Assembly: GCA_965240325.2 (NCBI GenBank)
Contig: OZ251222.1
Coordinates: forward strand, 2,604,001 to 2,668,000
Length of the DNA: 64,000 nt
Direction: 5' to 3'
Source: Rebecca billardiae RCC1528
Taxonomy: Eukaryota; Protista; Haptophyta
Shown here: positions 22,210 to 31,559 of the stretch, piece after piece
Layout of the letters: every line of letters starts with the position of its first letter
How positions within the stretch are numbered: the first letter of the stretch is position 1
Translations under genes and position numbers: made by a program
Notes under the pieces: generated by a model
Told to the model about the DNA's origin: nothing
The model's input: only the letters and a program-made list of their open reading frames with translations
The model's database searches: none

Positions 22210-23889
22210 TCAGTTGACCCGCCTAGCCATCACCACAGGCCGTACAGGATGCGGTTGTGGCGTCGATGCAACGCAGGGCGTGACCACCGGCGGCAGCTGC
22301 GACCGCGACCGCGGCTGCGCTGCGGCTGCTGCGGCGTCTAAGGTCGTGGCTGTGCTGCTGGTGCGCTTCCGTTGTCGCTTGGCGGCGTTCGACGCGTTGG
22401 TGCTCGTTTGTTGCTCCAGCCCACGCTTGTGCCGAATGTGCGCACCACTCCCAAGGCGCTTCATGGCAGCCAGCTTGTGCGCGACGCACCGGCTGGCGCG
22501 CGCGTCGCCCGGCATGCCAAACAAAGGCCGCTTGGTGCAGCCAGCGTGATTACACTTGGGGTGCTTCACGTCGACCATGCCAGCCAGCTTGTGCACAGCG
22601 CACCGGCTGCCGCGCGCGTCGCCCGGCATGCCAAACGTAGGCCACTTGGTGCAGCCAGCATAATCGCACATTGCGTGCTTCTGATTCTTCAAGTCGACCA
22701 TGCCGGTCAGCTTGTGCGCAGCGCACAGGCTGGCGCGTGCGTCGCCCGGCATGCCAAACGAAGGCACCTTGGTGCAGCCAGCGTGCGCACACTTGGAGCT
22801 CTTCACGTCGACCATGCCAGCCAGCTTGTGCGCAGCGCACAGGCTGGGGCGTGCGTCGCCCGGCATGCCAAACGAAGGCTGCTTGGTGCAGCCAGCGTGC
22901 TCACACTTGGAGCTCTTCACGTCGACCATGCCAGCCAGCTTGTGCGCAGCGCACAGGCTGGGGCGTGCGTCGCCCGGCATGCCAAACGAAGGCCGCTTGG
23001 TGCAGCCAGCGTGCGCACACTTGGAGCTCTTCACGTCGACCATGCCAGCCAGCTTGTGCGCAGCGCACAGGCTGGGGCGTGCGTCGCCCGGCATGCCAAA
23101 CGAAGGCTGCTTGGTGCAGCCAGCATGTTCGCACATTGCGTGCTTCTGATTCTTCAAGTCGACCATGCCGGTCAGCTTGTGCGCAGCGCACAGGCTGGCG
23201 CGTGCGTCGCCCGGCATGCCAAACGAAGGCCGCTTGGTGCAGCCAGCGTGATTACACTTGGAGCTCTTCACGTCGACCATGCCAGCCAGCTTGTGCACAG
23301 CGCACCAGCTGCCGCGCGCGTCGCCCGGCATGCCAAACGTAGGCCACTTGGTGCAGCCAGCATGTTCGCACATTGCGTGCTTCTGATTCTTCAAGTCGAC
23401 CATGCCGGTCAGCTTGTGCGCAGCGCACAGGCTGGCGCGTGCGTCGCCCGGCATGCCAAACGAAGGCTGCTTGGTGCAGCCAGCGTGATTACACTTGGAG
23501 CTCTTCACGTCGACCATGCCAGCCAGCTTGTGCGCAGCGCACAGGCTGGGGCGTGCGTCGCCCGGCATGCCAAACGAAGGCACCTTGGTGCAGCCAGTGT
23601 GCACACACTTGGGGTGCACCACATCGACCATGCCGGCCAGCTTGTGCGCAGCGCACCGGCTGGCGCGCGCGTCGCCCGGCATGCCAAACGAAGGCCGCTT
23701 GGTGCAGTGGTCGTAAGCACACTGCTTCTGCTTATTCTTCCCGTCAACCATGCCAGCCAGCTTGTGCGCAGCGCACCGGCTGGCACGCGCGTCGCCCCGC
23801 TTGCCGAGCGAACGCTCCTCGCCACGCAGATTGGGCTGCAGCCGCGTTCCAGATATTCCACTTTTTTTCTCTGCCCGCCACTCCAGCAT
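22210..23889 (-). CDS. EsV-1-7-type cysteine-rich repeat protein (11 full + 1 partial repeats) with basic NLS-like tail
   Basis: 559-aa intronless ORF. The repeat Cx3GCTKxPSFGMPGDARxSxCAAHKLAGMVDV matches the EsV-1-7 C-x4-C...FG..G...C-x2-H-K..GMV pattern. The tail contains RHKRG and KRQRKR. Start codon uncertain. Confidence 0.85.
   Translation of the reverse strand: MLEWRAEKKSGISGTRLQPNLRGEERSLGKRGDARASRCAAHKLAGMVDGKNKQKQCAYDHCTKRPSFGMPGDARASRCAAHKLAGMVDVVHPKCVHTGCTKVPSFGMPGDARPSLCAAHKLAGMVDVKSSKCNHAGCTKQPSFGMPGDARASLCAAHKLTGMVDLKNQKHAMCEHAGCTKWPTFGMPGDARGSWCAVHKLAGMVDVKSSKCNHAGCTKRPSFGMPGDARASLCAAHKLTGMVDLKNQKHAMCEHAGCTKQPSFGMPGDARPSLCAAHKLAGMVDVKSSKCAHAGCTKRPSFGMPGDARPSLCAAHKLAGMVDVKSSKCEHAGCTKQPSFGMPGDARPSLCAAHKLAGMVDVKSSKCAHAGCTKVPSFGMPGDARASLCAAHKLTGMVDLKNQKHAMCDYAGCTKWPTFGMPGDARGSRCAVHKLAGMVDVKHPKCNHAGCTKRPLFGMPGDARASRCVAHKLAAMKRLGSGAHIRHKRGLEQQTSTNASNAAKRQRKRTSSTATTLDAAAAAAQPRSRSQLPPVVTPCVASTPQPHPVRPVVMARRVN
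22460..23800 (-). repeat. Coding tandem array of 114-nt and 123-nt units
   Basis: Near-identical DNA units (gcgtcgcccggcatgccaaac, ttggtgcagccagc, gtcgaccatgcc) repeated 11-12 times. Confidence 0.95.
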
Positions 23890-24780
23890 GGCGTCGCACG
23901 ACCACCCTTGTCGGCAGAGGCACCTCGGAGCCCCTGCGCCTCTCGACCGCTTCTGGTGAGCTGCGCTGCGCGTATGGTCAGCGCGAGTCGGTCGGGGCCG
24001 TGGGGCGAGGTTCGCCCACTGTTGTACAGACGCGCGCCATGCCGCCTCGCGCTTGCGCGGGCGCGGGCGGCCGCATCATGCCTGCAAGGCTGGCTGAGTG
24101 GCTCTGGAGGCGGCGCACGCGTGCGCGCTGGCCTGAGGCGCGGCGAAAGCGGCGGCGAGCAAGGTTCGCGGCGTGGGAGGGCCACGCGCGCCGCCTCCGC
24201 GGATACTTCCACGACCGCAGGAGCTCGCGCCGTGCGCGCCCCACTCGCCTTTCAGGGCGGGCCGCGGGCGCCCAGGTCGAGGTAGGGAAGAGTTAGTCTC
24301 TGGAGCGAGGCCACGCAGGCCGCGCAGCAAGCGAGCGCAGGCCGCGCAGCAGAGCTTCCCACGCGAGAAGGTAGTACTGGAACCCCCACGTCTTCATCAG
24401 CTGCGGGTGCACGGGGCCCGCACGATCACTGGGTCGCCGACCACGCAGTGCCGACGGATCTGGCGGGGGAATCGGAGTGTCCTCTTCCGGATGGTCGGTT
24501 GTGCTAGGGCCTGACGCACCCGGGCCCGCGAGGCGGTCACCAGTTCCGGCCGCCTCGTCCACCGCCGTCTGCGCACAGCCCGCGCTGCGACGCGCCCGCC
24601 CTTCGTTCAGCGACGGCTTTCGCAGCTCGCGCTGACGCGCTCGCCTCGGGCCCGGATCGGCCGACCAAATTCGCCAACCAAGCGCGTAGTACATGGGTTC
24701 AAACCAGTTTCCAGGTTCTCTCTTCGGAGAGCGTGCGATAAAGGATGGCGCGGCAACCTGCCACCGTGTAGTGAATTGTA

Positions 24781-25505
24781 ATGCTCCGCGGCGGAGCAGC
24801 GCCGTCATCAATAACAGTTCGATAACTCAGTTGGATGATGATGGCGATCATCTCGATTCTCGGTGATGTGTCATATGGCCGGCGGCACTGCCCGGCCCCG
24901 GCCCCCCGCGCTGCCGACGCTTTTGCTATACGCACGTCTGCTAGCTACTGACAGTAGTACTACACTCTAGCTGCTACTGCCTACTCTCTCTCTAGCTCTC
25001 TCTCTCTCTAGCCAGACTGCTATGTACAGTCTGAGTCTAGAGCCGAGAGCATCAGTGCGACAGTAACTCAGTTGGATGATGATGCCGATCATCTCGATTC
25101 TCGGTGATGTGTCATATGGCCGGCGGCGCACTGCCCGGCCCCGGCCCCCCGCGCTGCCGACGCTTTTGCTATACGCACGTCTGCTAGCTGCTGACAGTAG
25201 TACTACACTCTAGCTGCTACTCTCCTAAGTAGTCTCCGGGCTCTCTCTCTGTCGTCTCTCTCTCCGTCTAGCCAGACTGCTACAGTCTGAGTCTAGAGCC
25301 GAGAGCATCAGTGCGACAGTCGCCTTCATCGGTGGAGTTCAGTCACTCCACCGAGGGCCATCTTCATGCATGCAGATGACTGGGAGGTACCCTCCGAGCC
25401 GCCTCCCCCCCCCCTGGACGACTGCATCATGGCATCGTCAGCATCAGCAGCACCCGCCGCTACGGGCGTCACCGACCAGCACAGCCACGGGCTGCCCGGC
25501 GCCTT
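24781..25505 (+). repeat. Degenerate direct repeat, right copy; contains an internal tandem duplication (24823-25063 and 25064-25319)
   Basis: Homologous to 21295-21955. Two consecutive ~240-255-bp copies run taactcagttggatgatgat...gagcatcagtgcgacag and differ mainly in a (CT)n tract. Confidence 0.85.
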
Positions 25506-25520
25506 ACAGGCGTAATAGGC

Positions 25521-27161
25521 TCATAGTGCGCGCCGCCTACCGCGAGGCCGCCTGTCCGCGAGCGCATCGACGAGCGCCGCGCACACCGCCGACGTGAGGA
25601 ACGGGCTGAAGCCGTAGTGCGTGCAGTCGCACGGCTTGTCGTCCGCGCCCGCCTCGTGCAGCTCGCGCTCAGCCGGCTCGAGCAGCTCGAGCAGCGCGGT
25701 GTGATTTGCCTCGGCATCCGCCGCCTGGACGGCGCACGCCGGCGCGGCGCCCGCGGCAAGGCAGGCCCTCCGCCTCGCTCGCCGGCTCCGCCTCGCTCGC
25801 CGGCGCAGCTCCGCTGGGTACAGGTGGCGCTCGCGGAACGCCTCGAACGCGCGCGACTCGACACCCGCCTTGCACGCCCACGGCGCCTGGTACGCATTTC
25901 GGCAGCCGCGGTGCACGGAGGCGAAGCCGCCCTCGGCCGTGGGCGCGTGCGTGTCGGCAAAGACGACGCGCGACGTGAGGGTGCGCACGGCGCCGCGCAG
26001 CCAGCGCGACATCTGCGCGCCGCTCACGCGGTGCCGCAGCTCGGGCGCGAGCTCGGGGCAGCGGCAGCGGCGCGGCCCCAGCGCGCTCCCATCGCGCAGC
26101 AGCGCGGCGCCCGCCACATAGTCGCCAAACACGGGGAAGTGCTGCGCGAGCGGCGAGCGCACGACCGCGCGCCCACCCGTGCGCCGCGCCCACGCGTCGA
26201 GCACCGGCAGCAGCCTCGTCACGTCGTGCTTGTACGCCGGCGGCACGAGGTCGAGCCGCGCCGCGGCGTCGCGCAGCAGCGCGACCAGCGCCTCGGCGGG
26301 CGCGCCGCGCCGCGCCTGCCTCAGCACCTCGGCCGCGCTGGGCTCATCTCGCCAGAGGTCCCCTGTGTAGTGCACGGCCGCGGGCTCGACGACGAGCACC
26401 GAGCAGTTGTGCGCGCGGCTGCCGAGCAGCTCCTCGTACTGCTGCAGCACCGTCCTGCCCCCGGCGCCCGTCTGGTTCGGCTGGCCGTCCAGGGTGGTGC
26501 GCTCCAGCCGCGCCGGCTGCGCCGGCTGGCTCAGCCGCTTCTTGATGGTGATGCGCTCCAGCCGTGGAAGCGGCACCGGCGGCTTGGCCAGCGCCGCGCC
26601 GTTGGCCGCGCGGAAGCGAGCGCGGACAACGAGGAGCATTCCGTGGAGGTTCTGGGTCACGCTGTCGCCCATCAAGCACAGCCCGGGTGCGCTGTGTGCC
26701 ACGCGGGCCGGCTTGACGCCGAGAAGATGCCGTCGCCGCCGCCGCCGCCGCCGCGCGACGGCCGCCTTCTCAACCTCTCTGAACAGATCCGCACACGGCC
26801 GCCCGTCGGCCGCGCCGCCCGGCCTGCGCGCGAGGAAGGATGGCGCGCGTTCGAAGGGGTAGCCGGTCCCGTCGAGTGGCGGCGGATCGCGCACTTGCAC
26901 CATGTGGGACGCGTCGATGTGGGACTGCCAGCCGTCGGCGTCGGCGGGCGCGCCGCCGCCGCGCGCCGCCAGCAGGCAGTCGAGCGCGCTCAGATTCAGG
27001 CCGGGCTGGACGAGCCGCGCGGCGAGCGCGTCCGAGGGCGCGCATCGGCCGAGCGTGAAGGGCGGCTCGAGCGGCGGGCGCACGTGGCCCGTGCAGCACC
27101 CGTGGAGCAGCGCAAGCCCGACGACCGAGGAGGAGGCGCGCGCGTGTTGGCCGGCCGCCAT
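25521..27161 (-). CDS. SGNH-fold PC-esterase/TBL-like protein (putative polysaccharide O-acetyltransferase or esterase)
   Basis: LCLMGDSVTQ (GDS motif), VVRSPLAQHF and C-terminal DCTHY (DxxH). N-terminal hydrophobic segment. ATG at 27161. Confidence 0.7.
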   Translation of the reverse strand: MAAGQHARASSSVVGLALLHGCCTGHVRPPLEPPFTLGRCAPSDALAARLVQPGLNLSALDCLLAARGGGAPADADGWQSHIDASHMVQVRDPPPLDGTGYPFERAPSFLARRPGGAADGRPCADLFREVEKAAVARRRRRRRRHLLGVKPARVAHSAPGLCLMGDSVTQNLHGMLLVVRARFRAANGAALAKPPVPLPRLERITIKKRLSQPAQPARLERTTLDGQPNQTGAGGRTVLQQYEELLGSRAHNCSVLVVEPAAVHYTGDLWRDEPSAAEVLRQARRGAPAEALVALLRDAAARLDLVPPAYKHDVTRLLPVLDAWARRTGGRAVVRSPLAQHFPVFGDYVAGAALLRDGSALGPRRCRCPELAPELRHRVSGAQMSRWLRGAVRTLTSRVVFADTHAPTAEGGFASVHRGCRNAYQAPWACKAGVESRAFEAFRERHLYPAELRRRARRSRRARRRACLAAGAAPACAVQAADAEANHTALLELLEPAERELHEAGADDKPCDCTHYGFSPFLTSAVCAALVDALADRRPRGRRRAL

Positions 27162-27303
27162 CGTTGAATGCCGTTGGCATTTGACAAGCACCGAGCGATT
27201 GAGGGTTCGTCATTCGTCAACGGCCAGCAGACGGGGCACCCTCGTTATATATTAACGACGTGGTATGCAACGGGCAGGCGTCAGAGCTCGTCGTCATATA
27301 TAT

Positions 27304-28956
27304 GTGGCGTTATAGGGAACCTATAACTGAGTGTCTATGAGCGACGCCAAGAATCCGGCTCGCACGGCATTCCTGCGTTGTCCTGTGCGCACCGCCGCGC
27401 GCAGGAGTCCTGGTGCGCTGCCAATCTGGCCCACAGCGGCGCACCTGCAGGACTCGGTTGGTTACCGCTCACATCGGATCGATCAGGCTTCGCTCTCGGG
27501 GGCGCCATGGGGCTGCTCACGACGAAGGCGCCGAGCTGGGCAAGGGAATCGCCTGCATCGGGCACTGCCGGGTGCACGCTCCGCTGCAGGAGGTGCACCG
27601 CAGTCGCCGCAGCCCCTCTGCTCGGTAAGGTCGCTGGCTGTCTGTGTGGCCCGGCTCCCCGCCTGATCGTTCGGCGGCGCGACGTCATCATCTGTCTTCG
27701 CCGCGTCGCCCCTCATGCAATGGTCTCTTGCTCTCGCCGCTGTCGCGTCAACCCGCACGCTTCATCGTTTGAGATACGCGCTCGCCTCGCGCCCGTGCGT
27801 CGCGCGGGTGCGGCGCACTCTGACGCGTGTCTGCTCGCCGCGCGTCGCGATCGATCGTGCGCGCGCGGCCGCGCAGTCCTCGTCTCTTCTATTTCTAAAC
27901 GGGATTCATCAACGACTACTTGGACGCCCGCTCCAACTTATAAACGGGACTCGCGGGCGCCCTCTCGACCTCGGGCAGCAGCTCAACCGCCACGCCGCTG
28001 CCAGCGCCCGCTGTCGTTCGGTGCTCAAATCCCAACATAGCTAACCTGATCGTTCCATGATTGATCATTGTGGTCTGTCTACTCCACGACGCCGCGCGCC
28101 GCGACCATCCAGCTCCAGAGTCCATTCGTACCCGACGCCTTGTACGAGCCGGGCATGGCGGAGTGGCTAGACGTGGCGTTATAGGGAACCTATAACTGAG
28201 TGTCTATGAGCGACGCCAAGAATCCGGCTCGCACGGCATTCCTGCGTTGTCCTGTGCGCACCGCCGCGCGCAGGAGTCCTGGTGCGCTGCCAATCTGGCC
28301 CACAGCGGCGCACCTGCAGGACTCGGTTGGTTACCGCTCACATCGGATCGATCAGGCTTCGCTCTCGGGGGCGCCATGGGGCTGCTCACGACGAAGGCGC
28401 CGAGCTGGGCAAGGGAATCGCCTGCATCGGGCACTGCCGGGTGCACGCTCCGCTGCAGGAGGTGCACCGCAGTCGCCGCAGCCCCTCTGCTCGGTAAGGT
28501 CGCTGGCTGTCTGTGTGGCCCGGCTCCCCGCCTGATCGTTCGGCGGCGCGACGTCATCATCTGTCTTCGCCGCGTCGCCCCTCATGCAATGGTCTCTTGC
28601 TCTCGCCGCTGTCGCGTCAACCCGCACGCTTCATCGTTTGCCCGCCCGCCCACCCTCGGCCTCTGGCGGATATGGAAGCACTGCAGTGTCAGCGAGCCAT
28701 CAGCCTTAATCGACCTTGCTCAGTGACTGACGACTCGCGGGCGCCCTCTCGACCTCGGGCAGCAGCTCAACCGCCACGCCGCTGCCAGCGCCCGCTGTCG
28801 TTCGGTGCTCAAATCCCAACATAGCTAACCTGATCGTTCCATGATTGATCATTGTGGTCTGTCTACTCCACGACGCCGCGCGCCGCGACCATCCAGCTCC
28901 AGAGTCCATTCGTACCCGACGCCTTGTACGAGCCGGGCATGGCGGAGTGGCTAGAC
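27304..28956. repeat. Head-to-tail tandem pair (27304-28172, 28173-28956) with identical arms and unrelated middles
   Basis: Arm A is 468 bp (27304-27771 = 28173-28640) and arm B is 225 bp (27948-28172 = 28732-28956). The middles (176 bp vs 91 bp) are unrelated. The ORF track shows identical ORFs at an 869-bp offset. Confidence 0.9.
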
Positions 28957-29142
28957 ATTATTATATTATAAAGGGGGAAAAAACCCTGTAGTAGCAGACT
29001 ACAGTTTATTTGTTTTAAGAACCCATGACCTGACAGACGCAAGAGCACGCCAGTACTCCCACTCGGCCACCGAGCGGTCCGAGACCGCGGCGTATTCTAG
29101 ACTGCAAAGTGTAAGTGTAAGTACCCTTGACGGTGCAGCACA

Positions 29143-29883
29143 CTATGATACAGCAGCCTCAGCCTGATTGATTGGCGGCAGTCCGCGAGTCAACGCTGCC
29201 GCCGCTGCGCACCACTCCGTGCAGTGCGGCTTGTGCATCTTCCACGCGCTCCGCAGGTGATCGCGGCAGCAGAAGACCGCCACGAGGCACCGCTCGCGCT
29301 TCTTCACGCCACGGCCCGACTTGGCGCACACCATGCAGCACGCAGCGGCCACCTCGCGATCTCCGGCATAGGCGCCGAACACCTTGCTCAGATCCACCAT
29401 GGAGCCGTCAAGCTCGTGCCCGTGGTGCAGCAGCCGCACTCCCTCCGCCACGTCGCGCTGCACGGCCACGCCTGCAAGCAGCAGGAGCCCCAATGACGCA
29501 TGAGCGTTTGGCTGGCCGCCGTCGACGGCCAACCGGTACCACCGCGCCGCCTCGGCCACATCCTGCGGCACGCCCTCGCCTTGTTCGTAAAGCCAGCCCA
29601 GGTTGTGCTGCGCACCTGCATTGCCCTGCTCGGCCGCCAGCCGGTACCAGCGCACCGCCTCGGCCCAGTCCTGCTGCACGCCCTTGCCATCATAGTAGCA
29701 CACGCCCAGGTTTTGCTGCGCACCTTCATCGCCCTGCTCGGCCGCCAGCCGGTACAAGCGCACCGCCTCGGCCCAGTCCTGCTGCACGCCCTTGCCATCA
29801 TAGTAGCACACGCCCAGGTTTTGCTGCGCACCTTCATCGCCCTGCTCGGCCGCCAGCCGGTACAAGCGCACCGCCTCGGCCAT
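29143..29883 (-). CDS. Sel1-like repeats + C-terminal MYND-type zinc finger (3' part of a split gene, or a separate gene)
   Basis: 108-nt repeats encoding AQQNLGVCYYDGKGVQQDWAEAVRLYRLAAEQG. The C-terminus CMVCAKS...KRERCLVAVFCCRDHLRSAWKMHKPHC is MYND-like, with one expected Cys replaced by Arg. Confidence 0.75.
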   Translation of the reverse strand: MAEAVRLYRLAAEQGDEGAQQNLGVCYYDGKGVQQDWAEAVRLYRLAAEQGDEGAQQNLGVCYYDGKGVQQDWAEAVRWYRLAAEQGNAGAQHNLGWLYEQGEGVPQDVAEAARWYRLAVDGGQPNAHASLGLLLLAGVAVQRDVAEGVRLLHHGHELDGSMVDLSKVFGAYAGDREVAAACCMVCAKSGRGVKKRERCLVAVFCCRDHLRSAWKMHKPHCTEWCAAAAALTRGLPPINQAEAAVS

Positions 29884-30346
29884 ATTGTTCTATAACCGTT
29901 CGGTTATAGGGGTATAACTGGGCCAGCCCGCCGCCATGATCGGCTGCTCCTCAATGCTGCTAACCGCTGCTGACCTGCTAGGGCGGCTGACCGGACCGTG
30001 CCTGGGCGGGCAGCAAGCTCCGGGCGTCGGGTGCGCGCCCAGCGAAGCGGTATGATTCCTGGGCGGGCTATATACGGGCAGCCGGACCCGCCTGTACCGA
30101 ACCGGTAGATTCTACCTCTGAGCGCCGCCGATGACTGCCCCCGATGCGGGCCGCGGCAGGCCTGATGCTCTTCGGCAGCCGAGGCGGGGCGGGGCCTGGG
30201 CTGATAGCCCCAGCTGCTCAGCAGCACTTCGGTCCACCGACCGTATCCCGCTCGGTGGCGACTCCTCGGCTAAGGGCGGGCGCAACCCTCGTCGGCTGCG
30301 AGCGGGCCGTCGGCTTATTCCTCCTCGGGTGCGGGCGGTGGCGTCG

Positions 30347-31045
30347 CTACTGATTTCGCATCATGATCTGCATTTCGGCTGCGCTCTCGCTGGGGCGCCG
30401 AATCGGCGGCACGCCCTGACCTTGTTCGTAAAGCTCGCCCAGGTGGTTCTGCGCAGCTGAAGTGCCCTGCTCGGCCGCAAGCCGGAACCACCGCACCGCC
30501 TCGGCCACATCCTGCGGTACGCCCTCGCCTCGTTCGTAAAGCCAGCCCAGGTGGTGCTGCGCACCTGCATTGCCCTGCTCGGCCGCCAGCCGGTACCAGC
30601 GCACCGCCTCGGCCCAGTCCTGCGGCACGCCCTCGCCTCGTTCGTAAAGCCAGCCCAGGTTGTGCTGCGCACCTGCATTGCCCTGCTCGGCCGCAAGCCG
30701 GAACCAGCGCATCGCCTCGGCCCAGTCCTGCGGCACGCCATCGCCTCGTGCGTAGCAACCGCCCAGGTTGCTCTGCGCAGCTGCATCGCCCTGCTCGGCC
30801 GCCAGCCGGTACCAGCGCGCAGCCTCTGCCCAATTCTGCGTGGCCGCGTGGATCTCGCCCAACCGTTGCTGCGCTTGCACAAAACCAAGATTCGCAGCGA
30901 GGACGTAGAGGCGAACCGCCTCGCCGACGTCCCGCGCGACGCCATCGCCCGATTCGGTGCGCCTCGCCAACAGGAAAGTCGCACGTGCGTCGCCCCGCCC
31001 CGCCGCGCGCCGGAGCATGCGGACCCCGGCATCGTCGCCCGCCAT
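30347..31045 (-). CDS. Sel1-like repeat protein (5' part of a split gene)
   Basis: About 6 Sel1 repeats (AQHNLGWLYERGEGVPQDWAEAVRWYRLAAEQG). The pattern breaks abruptly mid-repeat at about 30405. Confidence 0.75.
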   Translation of the reverse strand: MAGDDAGVRMLRRAAGRGDARATFLLARRTESGDGVARDVGEAVRLYVLAANLGFVQAQQRLGEIHAATQNWAEAARWYRLAAEQGDAAAQSNLGGCYARGDGVPQDWAEAMRWFRLAAEQGNAGAQHNLGWLYERGEGVPQDWAEAVRWYRLAAEQGNAGAQHHLGWLYERGEGVPQDVAEAVRWFRLAAEQGTSAAQNHLGELYEQGQGVPPIRRPSESAAEMQIMMRNQ

Positions 31046-31559
31046 ATCCGCCGATCCGATATCGTCGCAGTCTGCTTACTGAGTTATTACTCAGTTACTG
31101 TACCCGCATATTGCTGAGCTGTCGTAATATTAGTAGTAGTAGTACTGACTACCCCCATGGCCATAGCTGCTTTCGTTCGCTGGCTGAGTGCGCCACTGAC
31201 GATCCGCGAGTTCAGCGAGCCGTATGCGCGCTGTCGGCGTCGAGCTGCTACTCGCGTCATCTCGGGCACCGCCGTGGCCGCCGTCAGCTCGCGGCGGCGC
31301 GGGCGTGCAGCACAGTGAGCACGAGCTCGGCGCGTTTGGCTGACGGCTCACAGCGAGTTTGCGAGCGGCGCGCGCTCGACGCTGCGCGCTCCGCCCTGCA
31401 CCGCGCGCCAGAAAGTAGCAGCCACTAGTCGTGGTCAGCCAGCTCGTAGTAGTGACTGGGGCGCGCCCGCGATGCCCCCGCGAGCGAGCCATCCGAGCAT
31501 CTCAGCATCTCAGCGGAGCGAGCCATCCGAGCATCTCAGCGGCTCAGCGGCTCCGCGGC

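Noticed and set aside
22372-24285. 637-aa plus-strand repeat ORF
   Set aside because: It is the antisense shadow of the EsV-1-7 array.
27335-28560. ORFs in arm A as decayed Sel1/MYND paralogues
   Set aside because: There is only a faint H..C..C resemblance, which cannot be supported without an alignment.
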